From IMG/VR virus record IMGVR_UViG_3300031134_000004, positions 160,655 through 224,654 of that record: DNA of 64,000 nucleotides, one strand, 5' to 3'. A model generated the notes under the pieces. That model had not been told where the DNA came from, did not search any database, and worked only from the letters and a program-made list of their open reading frames with translations. The translations under genes and the position numbers were made by a program. This DNA is from a virus. Lineage: Duplodnaviria > Caudoviricetes. Positions 27,100-34,425 of this stretch are shown piece by piece; position 1 is the stretch's first letter, and the number at the start of each line of letters is the position of its first letter.

Positions 27100-27438
27100 A
27101 TGCCGTTTCAGAAACTTACCATTCCTATCGTGTATCCCATCAAGTTTGGTTTGCACGATACTGTCCGTCATCAAAAGGGCGGACACTACGAGATCTGTGG
27201 TTTGCCTGACGAACTCGTGATCGAAGAGACGGGGGAACCAGCTTACGCGTATCGTGGACCGGATCAACGTGTGTGGATTCGTGCACAGTCCAAAATGGAA
27301 GATGGTCGCTTTGAACTGATCAAGACGGCCAACTACATCAAACTGGAAAAGCGTCAGAAGCAGCAACGCTTTGACAACATCATACTCGGAACGATACTGT
27401 TCTTGATTGGTGTTTTCTGGTGGTGCTCGAAACACTGA
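27100..27438 (+). CDS. DUF1653-like SH3-barrel protein with C-terminal TM segment
   Basis: VRHQKGGHYEI...EETGE..YAY.....VWIR..S.MEDGRF matches the DUF1653 pattern; hydrophobic tail IILGTILFLIGVFWW. Confidence 0.7.
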   Translation: MPFQKLTIPIVYPIKFGLHDTVRHQKGGHYEICGLPDELVIEETGEPAYAYRGPDQRVWIRAQSKMEDGRFELIKTANYIKLEKRQKQQRFDNIILGTILFLIGVFWWCSKH

Positions 27439-27493
27439 TCTTTTTTACATGCCATGCATCTTTTTGTGAACGAGACCATTTACAAGGAGACGC

Positions 27494-27823
27494 ATGGATC
27501 ATCCGGAACGTGAACGCTACGGCAAACTCGTAGAAGAAGGTGGTGAGGTCGGCCAAGCAATTGGCAAGCTTGTTGTGTATGGTCGAGAACCAGTAGCCGG
27601 TGGTATCAAGTACAACAATGTCGGCAATCTGGAAAAGGAGTTGGGTCAGTTCTTTGCTGTTGTCGACATGCTCGTCATGGCAGGCGACATTAATCGGGCA
27701 AGTATTGAAATTGCTCGTGCTGATAAACTAGCTCTTCTTCCTACCACACTGAACCACCAGTCTCCCGAGTTAGCAGCAGCAATGTACCTCGAAGCAAAGT
27801 CGATCTGGGCGAAACAGTTGTAA
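27494..27823 (+). CDS. MazG-like nucleotide pyrophosphohydrolase
   Basis: KLVEEGGEVGQAIGK and LEKELGQ motifs (EExxE...ExxD/Q all-alpha NTP-PPase pattern); RBS AAGGAG. Confidence 0.75.
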   Translation: MDHPERERYGKLVEEGGEVGQAIGKLVVYGREPVAGGIKYNNVGNLEKELGQFFAVVDMLVMAGDINRASIEIARADKLALLPTTLNHQSPELAAAMYLEAKSIWAKQL

Positions 27824-27881
27824 AACGTTTCCTTCAGTAAATCAATTTCCTAGTTGCAATTTTATTAAGTAAAAAATTACC

Positions 27882-28220
27882 ATGAATAACCATAATGTAG
27901 AACAGAATCCGACCACTGAGTCGGTGGTGCCTTCCCCTTACATCGACAAGCTTACCGCTGCGCTGGCCGCAGCTGGTCATGTGAATCCTGAAAGCTGGAA
28001 GCAACACCTGGAAGCGGATGCGTACATCACCAACGATGACGACATCCAGCGTTTCCTGATCAACCGTGCCCTGCGTTTGTGCTTGTCGCAAGCGCCAGTG
28101 TCAACGATGGACGAGCGTTATTGCTTGGTTGATAAAGGCGACATTCCTCGCTGGTTCGAACTCGTGGAACAAAAGGTCGTGCCGTGTCTGGTTCAGCACA
28201 GCCTGCCTCCCACGAAGTAA
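27882..28220 (+). CDS. Hypothetical protein
   Basis: 112-aa ORF after an AT-rich spacer. Confidence 0.7.
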   Translation: MNNHNVEQNPTTESVVPSPYIDKLTAALAAAGHVNPESWKQHLEADAYITNDDDIQRFLINRALRLCLSQAPVSTMDERYCLVDKGDIPRWFELVEQKVVPCLVQHSLPPTK

Positions 28221-28675
28221 TCTTCGACTACTCTATTCGGTACGTTGTTGCAGGTTCGCGTGGTTACGATGACTACGTGTTCTTTAGTAAGGCCATCTGG
28301 GATACGGTGGCTTTGCATGAAGGGATTGACATCCTCTTCATTTCAGGCGCTGCTCGAACGGGCGCTGATGCAATGATTATTCGGTTCTGCAAAGAGCATG
28401 GATTTACCTGGGTAGAGTTCCCGGCTGATTGGGACCAGTTTGGTAAGCGGGCAGGATACCTACGAAATACAGAAATGGCACAGGTGTGTACACATCTTCT
28501 TACTTTTTATGATGGAGCAAGTCGCGGCACGAAACACATGATCGAAGCATGTGAAAAACTCGAGCGCGACGTGTTCACGATTTTAATCGACATAAAAAGG
28601 AAGAGCCATGCCTGGCAATCGCAAAGCGGCGGAGAAAGTGATTCTCGAGTACATCGAGAAACTTCTGCCTGGTAG
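28184..28675 (+). CDS. SLOG-family (DUF2493/YspA-like) protein
   Basis: VAGSR, ISGAARTGAD, FPADW..GKRAG..RN.EMA and DGASRGTKHMI motifs; start uncertain. Confidence 0.85.
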   Translation: MSGSAQPASHEVIFDYSIRYVVAGSRGYDDYVFFSKAIWDTVALHEGIDILFISGAARTGADAMIIRFCKEHGFTWVEFPADWDQFGKRAGYLRNTEMAQVCTHLLTFYDGASRGTKHMIEACEKLERDVFTILIDIKRKSHAWQSQSGGESDSRVHRETSAW

Positions 28676-29276
28676 CCCCAATACCCAACTGTACAAAGAT
28701 TTGTTTGCCGCGCAAAGCGACAAGCAGTTCGATGACTTCATGAAGGGAATCGAAGACGGTTCGATTCGATTGGCGATCATTGCCCCGAACTTCGGTGAGC
28801 AAAGTTTGTCGAAAGAGCGTAACCTTGACTTGGCTGATGAACTTGGCCATGACTTCTTCGAACGTATCTGGATTAATCCGGGTAACGACATTCCACCTTA
28901 CTTGTCTCCGATCAAATACTTGGTCGTGGATTTGCCGCTGCGTCGTCAAGCGCAGCTGCTCGTGAAGAAGATCTCCATTCCGGAAGACAATAAATCAACT
29001 GACGATTACACCGGTCAACCGACTGGCAAATCCAAGGGTAGCAAAATCTCCTACCCGGAGACTCAGATCCTCGCGGCGTTGAATCTTGACGCTAACTTGA
29101 CGGAACTGCTCAAACTCCGGGGTGGTGATAACAAGAGCTTCGATGCCATGAACACTGTCATTTCCCAAACGGGTAGTGTCAGTCAAGAGGCCATCAAGCA
29201 TTTGGGTGGACGGGTTAAGTCGACGGAAACGTTGGCTATTTTCTTAACCTGCATGCATTTGGGAACGACACTGTGA
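28608..29276 (+). CDS. rpoB: Virion RNA polymerase beta subunit, C-terminal piece (phiKZ gp149-like)
   Basis: KKISIPEDNKS.D.YTGQPTGKSKGSKISYPETQILAA...LTELLKLRGGD aligns by eye to the beta C-terminal QQP..GK..GGQRFGEME..AL..YG...LQE.L..KSDD region. Confidence 0.85.
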   Translation: MPGNRKAAEKVILEYIEKLLPGSPNTQLYKDLFAAQSDKQFDDFMKGIEDGSIRLAIIAPNFGEQSLSKERNLDLADELGHDFFERIWINPGNDIPPYLSPIKYLVVDLPLRRQAQLLVKKISIPEDNKSTDDYTGQPTGKSKGSKISYPETQILAALNLDANLTELLKLRGGDNKSFDAMNTVISQTGSVSQEAIKHLGGRVKSTETLAIFLTCMHLGTTL

Positions 29277-29746
29277 ACACACTGAACCATGAAGGCATGA
29301 TGGTAGTTGCCGAGACGTTTATCGACGCCTATCAACACGTCATATCGAACTACACCCAAGAGCAGCGTGATTTAGCCAAGCGCTTTACCGCTGAACTGGT
29401 CATGAAGTACGTGTGCTTTACAGCAGTGACGCCTGACGGTATCGCTAAGCTGAAAGATGCAGTATTTGGTCGTGATGAAAATCGCGACTTTATCTTGACG
29501 CTCACGTTCGTGACGTTTTCCCGACTCGGGATGGATGAAGATGGTATCGAGGCTTTAGCCAAGAACATCGCGCGCAGTATCTCCATTCCCATGAAAGTCG
29601 ATGACGTCATGATCCCGGATGACAACATGAAACGTCTGGCTTCGTTTGACGATGTCTGGACCATCCTGAAATCCAATCTCTGGCTTATCACCATTCTTCT
29701 CATGCAACTGTTCATCACGGCAGCAAATGAAGATGTGAAGAAATAA
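29273..29746 (+). CDS. Hypothetical protein
   Basis: GTGA overlap with the RNAP gene, 157 aa. Confidence 0.7.
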   Translation: MNTLNHEGMMVVAETFIDAYQHVISNYTQEQRDLAKRFTAELVMKYVCFTAVTPDGIAKLKDAVFGRDENRDFILTLTFVTFSRLGMDEDGIEALAKNIARSISIPMKVDDVMIPDDNMKRLASFDDVWTILKSNLWLITILLMQLFITAANEDVKK

Positions 29747-29804
29747 CGAACTCTGCACCCTTCGGGGTGTGGGGCTTCCCTCGTCCAAAACGGAAGCTTG
29801 AAAG

Positions 29805-30515
29805 ATGACGAAAACAAAAAGAATCGACGCGATCTTAGTATCGCTCGACGTGTTACTCGACACAAGGATTGGTACGGTTGCACGTATCAGTCAAGAAGCA
29901 GCAAGTTACTTGCTCGCCTCAGGGAAGTATTACCAACGCTCGACCGATCGTTTCCCTGGTGTCGATGTTGAAGAGTACAAAAAGCTTTACGCAGAACGTG
30001 ACACTGTAACGTTGGCGCATTCCCAAGTCACCAATGCAATCGAGTGGTTAAGACGCCTTAGGGGCGTGTTGGCGGATCATGCAATCGAACGGCCGTACAA
30101 CGACGGCACGAAGATTGTCGTAAATGTCTATCCGTACCAATTAACCGGTGAGGAGAAGGACGAACTGGTCAAGGCCATTGGGGCCTGGTTGAATTACGAG
30201 CTTCTTGTCGAACTCGTGTCAATCCGTACCGAAGATCTCACTCCAGAGCACTGCAAATCGTCGTACGCGATGATGATGTTTTACGACTTTGAAGACTGGA
30301 TGGAAATCCACGCAAAGGCGTTCGAACAAACGCGCTTACCTGAAGTAACGCTGTTCGCACCTGCTTTGTACTTCAATAAAGAACCATCGGCAAAAGAACT
30401 AGAAAAAGCAGTTAAGGACGCAGGGCATCCGATGAAAGCATTGGAGCTTCTCGCATCACCACTGATTGACCTCAAGCTAATTGATGTCAAGTTCTTTAGC
30501 ATCCTACAGAAGTAA
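29805..30515 (+). CDS. Conserved jumbo-phage hypothetical protein (possible degenerate HAD-like fold)
   Basis: N-terminal ILVSLDVLLDTR strand-Asp motif; 236 aa. Confidence 0.65.
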   Translation: MTKTKRIDAILVSLDVLLDTRIGTVARISQEAASYLLASGKYYQRSTDRFPGVDVEEYKKLYAERDTVTLAHSQVTNAIEWLRRLRGVLADHAIERPYNDGTKIVVNVYPYQLTGEEKDELVKAIGAWLNYELLVELVSIRTEDLTPEHCKSSYAMMMFYDFEDWMEIHAKAFEQTRLPEVTLFAPALYFNKEPSAKELEKAVKDAGHPMKALELLASPLIDLKLIDVKFFSILQK

Positions 30516-30530
30516 GAAACCAGCACATGC

Positions 30531-30745
30531 AGTCCATCCTCGACCCATCCCACTTACTCCAGGGATACGGGTCGAGGGGACTCACAGGCTTTGGTTTCGA
30601 GTCCAGTAGTGGCGTGATCCTTTCGAGGGTTGCTGCTACAACAGTCTCGTAGGAGCCCGTTGGAGAAAAGCAGCACTCGAGCGCTCAGGCGCTCGAGTGT
30701 ATGCCGCGGCATAAAGAGAAGCCCGGTTGCCCAGACTCCTCTTTA
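30531..30745. ncRNA. Candidate structured intergenic RNA plus back-to-back terminators
   Basis: Four stems in 215 nt of non-coding DNA, with G-U pairs and UUCG/GCAA tetraloops. Confidence 0.35.
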
Positions 30746-30751
30746 GGGAAA

Positions 30752-31177
30752 TTACTCAGGTTCGGTCATGCGTGAGCGGAACATCTCAACGTTCTCTTGG
30801 ATGTAGGCTGTACTCGTTTCACCATCGACCAGCACTGGGTCAGGAATATCGCTGCCCAGCATCGGGATCTCACGTTCGACAGGCGCTTCTGCTTGACGGT
30901 GACGGGTGCCAGAGGCTTGTTGCAACAGCTGAGCAATGATACCGGCGGCTGCTTCTTGGTTGTTGTTGGCTTTCTCTTCAACCTTGATGCGCTTACGACC
31001 CAGGGCCGAGGCGTCCATGTCTTTGAGCGTTGAGAGCAGCAACTTACGGTCGTCTGGTTCAAGAGGCAGCTGGTTGTTCTTAAACAGTTCCCCGACCATT
31101 GCCACACGTACGGCGTGGGTCTGGGCAAGGATTTGATCTTCTTCTACCAATGCTGGCAAGACTTCGATCTGGTTCAT
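30752..31177 (-). CDS. Hypothetical protein
   Basis: RBS GGAG before ATG 31177; helical. Confidence 0.7.
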   Translation of the reverse strand: MNQIEVLPALVEEDQILAQTHAVRVAMVGELFKNNQLPLEPDDRKLLLSTLKDMDASALGRKRIKVEEKANNNQEAAAGIIAQLLQQASGTRHRQAEAPVEREIPMLGSDIPDPVLVDGETSTAYIQENVEMFRSRMTEPE

Positions 31178-31308
31178 GGGTAACTCCAAAATTCATATAA
31201 GGGGGAAAGCACCGTAACACATTCTAAATATGTTTGGTAACATATCATTCAAGTAGCATTACCCGTAGTATCCATTAACTTTATCACTAATTAGCATTGG
31301 AACAATCA

Positions 31309-31833
31309 ATGTGGTTCACTAATCTCTTTACGAAATTCTTTGCACGCAAACGTCTTAAGACTTTGATCGAGTTGCAAAAAGATCTCTCGCCGTTGCAGCC
31401 TAATCGGCGGGCCTGTCAAGCAATGCTCACGCAATTGCGGCCTGACTTCTTCTACCACTACAATCCCCGTCAGGGTGCGCAGCGGGTGGAATTCTTCTAT
31501 GCCAATATTGAAGAGTACACCAACAAGCTCAAGGAAATCAATCGCCAGATCCGCAACGAAAAAGCGATCAGTCCTGATTGGCTGGCAGAGATTCGCCATA
31601 GTGTCAAGACAGTCGATTCGTTCTTTGTCTCAGCCGACAAGCATTACCTTGACCCAGCCAAAGCAGTAGCGGAGTTTAAGCTTTACGCATTGGAACTGTG
31701 TCACCTGATGCAAGAATCGGACACAGCAGCGCATGGCTTACATGAACACAATTTACGTATGCTCACACAACTGTTTGTCAACCTGCGCGTTGTAACTCGG
31801 CGTCTGGTAGAGACAAGCCTCACTAAAGTGTAA
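31309..31833 (+). CDS. Hypothetical protein
   Basis: ORF after an AT-rich divergent intergenic region. Confidence 0.7.
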   Translation: MWFTNLFTKFFARKRLKTLIELQKDLSPLQPNRRACQAMLTQLRPDFFYHYNPRQGAQRVEFFYANIEEYTNKLKEINRQIRNEKAISPDWLAEIRHSVKTVDSFFVSADKHYLDPAKAVAEFKLYALELCHLMQESDTAAHGLHEHNLRMLTQLFVNLRVVTRRLVETSLTKV

Positions 31834-31871
31834 CCTTTCTACGGTTACCGATCACTAAAGGACCATTTATC

Positions 31872-32399
31872 ATGGCGAAGAATAAACTTGACCGGATGCT
31901 GGCTGCACCGGATAAGGAAGTAAAGAAGACATCTGGTGCTAACGGCGTACTAGCCCGTTTGTTCAGGATCATTCTGCTGAACTTGAACGTGACGCCTTCA
32001 CGCTTTGGTTCGTTACTCCAGCAGTACATTCTGGACCCACGTAACCAGGTGCCTAACAACAAGAAAGACCAGACCAGTGCGCGCGGGAACTTGACCAAAG
32101 AGTTCTACAAGCCACAAATGACGTGGAAGGTCTTCCTCAAAGCAATGCGGTTTTTGCGGGTGTGGAAACTTGTATTCATTGTGGAACTGCACCACTCAGG
32201 TCCGGCAAACAAAACAACCTTGCATTCCACGGAAGTCAATCTGGGCGACCCTGGTATGATCGAAGCGCTCGAACAACTCGACGACGGCATGACCATCGAA
32301 CAAGAGATGGAAGAAGTCGAAGAACTCAAGCGCCAGGGGCTGGGTGTCCAATATTTGGACAGCGACATGGCCAAGGAACAAAATAAGGAAGAGGAATAA
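31872..32399 (+). CDS. Conserved jumbo-phage hypothetical protein
   Basis: RBS AAGGA; 175 aa with acidic tail. Confidence 0.75.
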   Translation: MAKNKLDRMLAAPDKEVKKTSGANGVLARLFRIILLNLNVTPSRFGSLLQQYILDPRNQVPNNKKDQTSARGNLTKEFYKPQMTWKVFLKAMRFLRVWKLVFIVELHHSGPANKTTLHSTEVNLGDPGMIEALEQLDDGMTIEQEMEEVEELKRQGLGVQYLDSDMAKEQNKEEE

Positions 32400-32400
32400 A

Positions 32401-32955
32401 ATGATGACGAACCCGAGCGCACCTTACGGGCATTTGAGGCTGAAGAAGAAAAATCCCATTAACCCGGACGATGGCGTGACCCACATCAACATTTGGCTGC
32501 ACGGCCAAGAACCTTTGGGTCGCATGTTGTCGCACTTTTACAAGATGCACTTCACGCATCCTGTTCTCGGTCCGTTCAATTCTATGGAAGGCTTGTGGTA
32601 CTACGTGAAAGCCGTACACCCCGAGACCGGCAAGAAGGACGACACGCTGCGTAAGCTTTATGGCATCAAAGCCAAAGACCGCGGCAAACAACTGAAGAAC
32701 ATGTACGTGGAGAATTTCCGTGACATCATCATCGCGGCTAACTTCTACAAGATCGAGCAAAATCCGGACTTGTTGAAACAATTCACCGAATCGACGCTGC
32801 CATTTAAGATGTACTTCTACTACAACGACGTGCTCGTTGAACAGCCAGAATACGACTGGTTGGTAGAAGGCTTCGAAGAGATCCGTCGCATGTTCAAAGA
32901 AAACCGTCGTCCAAAAGAATTGGACTACAGTTATGCTTTGGCTACCAAGGCGTAA
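32401..32955 (+). CDS. NADAR-like (T4 gp30.3-type) protein
   Basis: HINIW..G...LGRMLSHF...F.HP.LGPFNSMEGLWYYVK and KIEQNPDL..F.ESTLPF fit the NADAR pattern (LSNF...F.S.E...K...K..QN..L...L..T). Confidence 0.6.
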   Translation: MMTNPSAPYGHLRLKKKNPINPDDGVTHINIWLHGQEPLGRMLSHFYKMHFTHPVLGPFNSMEGLWYYVKAVHPETGKKDDTLRKLYGIKAKDRGKQLKNMYVENFRDIIIAANFYKIEQNPDLLKQFTESTLPFKMYFYYNDVLVEQPEYDWLVEGFEEIRRMFKENRRPKELDYSYALATKA

Positions 32956-32956
32956 C

Positions 32957-33003
32957 TAAAGAAAAGAGAGACTTCGGTCTCTCTCTTTTTTTTTTTTGGC
33001 TTT
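32957..33003 (+). terminator. Bidirectional intrinsic terminator
   Basis: AAAGAAAAGAGAGAC-TTCG-GTCTCTCTC followed by T12. Confidence 0.85.
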
Positions 33004-33016
33004 GGAGAAACGAATT

Positions 33017-34375
33017 ATGGCGCGTAGCTTAGCCTCACCGTCATTCATGACGGGACCGCAGGACGACCTTGCGGCACCAGACATTTACACCATCAGTAAT
33101 GCGGAGACAATTAACAAAGTTGCGCCGTTTGCTGTCATGGACGAAGTCAAGGTGCAACAAGTTTCGGTATTGCAAGGTGGTAAAGCAATGCTGGAAAAAG
33201 CGCGTGAGGGTTTAAAGCTCGCGCAATCAGTACAAGGATTAAATGCCAAGGGCACGGGTGCGTTTGATAAACTGATGAATTCGGCAGGTAGCTTATCAAA
33301 CGTCATGCGTAACTTGCCGACAGGTGCGTCTGGTTTGTCAAAAGAACTGGGGGTACTTGTCAATGCTGCTTCTGGCATTGTGCAAAAAGGCCAAGGCGCA
33401 GTTGCGCAGATCAATGGCGTGAAGCAAACATTCAACCAGCTCAAATCAGGTAACGTCTTTGCCAAGATCGATTCGATCGGTAGCATGATCAATACCTTGT
33501 CGGGCGACTCGGGTGTTTTCTCGATCAGCAACATCAAAGAACAAGCCAGCACCATTGCAGGCGTGGTCAATCTCGCTTCTGCCAATGGCATCAAAGGAGC
33601 GTTCGGTGCGATACTGAAAGACAGTACCGACAGTGCGCTTCTTAATAAGGTCGCATCGGCGTGCTTATCAACAACGGCAATCACAAGCGACTTGGCGTCA
33701 TTGTCGAGCATGGCGGACAAACTCAAGCCGGGCGTGATCATGGGATTTAATCCCAATATCTTGGGTGACTTTAGCAAGCAATACATCCGACCTATTGAAG
33801 AGACCGTCGGTTCTGCTACTCGGGAAACGTTTGGTGCGATTAAAGACACGTTCGGTAAGATCAATCCGAACTGGTTGACCGCTTCGCGCAATGGTGAAGA
33901 GATCACCGACTTGACGTGCGTGATGGGTTCGAGCAAAGACTTCCAGAAAACCATGGCAACAGCGATCATGACCGATCCCCAAGCCACGGACAAAGACCAC
34001 GCTATGCTGGCGGTACTGGGAGAAAAGCCAACGGATGTTCATCGTGAAATTGTGCAACAGTTCCCGATGCTCACTTCACTTCAAGTTACTCCAACTACCG
34101 TTACAACAAGTCCGAATGCTTCAACGTCGACTTCGCAGCAAACACCTGATGCGTACCTTAAAGTCTCGTTACCGCAAGCGTCAACGTTGACTGATCCACC
34201 AGCACGTAATCCAGCATGGTCCGCAGCCGACCAAGCAGCGGTGGCAGCAATTAATAAGCGCTACGGTTACGATGTAGTCAAGGTCGCCAAGTATGCCAAG
34301 AGCTTTAGTATGAAAGAATGGCTTGCTGAAAGAATCACGGAAGAAGAGAAGAGTCTCATGGACCGCGCCCCATAA
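33017..34375 (+). CDS. phiKZ-like virion structural protein (putative)
   Basis: RBS GGAG; LA.P.F.TGPQDDLAA.DIY motif recalled from jumbo-phage tail-associated proteins; convergent with the hub-like gene. Confidence 0.55.
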   Translation: MARSLASPSFMTGPQDDLAAPDIYTISNAETINKVAPFAVMDEVKVQQVSVLQGGKAMLEKAREGLKLAQSVQGLNAKGTGAFDKLMNSAGSLSNVMRNLPTGASGLSKELGVLVNAASGIVQKGQGAVAQINGVKQTFNQLKSGNVFAKIDSIGSMINTLSGDSGVFSISNIKEQASTIAGVVNLASANGIKGAFGAILKDSTDSALLNKVASACLSTTAITSDLASLSSMADKLKPGVIMGFNPNILGDFSKQYIRPIEETVGSATRETFGAIKDTFGKINPNWLTASRNGEEITDLTCVMGSSKDFQKTMATAIMTDPQATDKDHAMLAVLGEKPTDVHREIVQQFPMLTSLQVTPTTVTTSPNASTSTSQQTPDAYLKVSLPQASTLTDPPARNPAWSAADQAAVAAINKRYGYDVVKVAKYAKSFSMKEWLAERITEEEKSLMDRAP

Positions 34376-34380
34376 AGGCA

Positions 34381-34419
34381 GCATAGACCCCCGGCGCATC
34401 TGGCCGGGGGCTTATGACG
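34381..34419. terminator. Convergent CATA/TATG-flanked hairpin
   Basis: GCATAGA-CCCCCGGC...GCCGGGGG-CTTATGACG. Confidence 0.7.
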
Positions 34420-34425
34420 CTTAAG

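Noticed and set aside
30587-30605. GGTTTCGAGTCC resembling a tRNA T-loop
   Set aside because: One extra base, only a 4-bp stem, and no acceptor, D or anticodon arms; not a tRNA
30527-30652. 41-codon ORF (MQSILDPSHLL...) inside the structured intergenic region
   Set aside because: No RBS, start buried next to a strong stem, atypical codons
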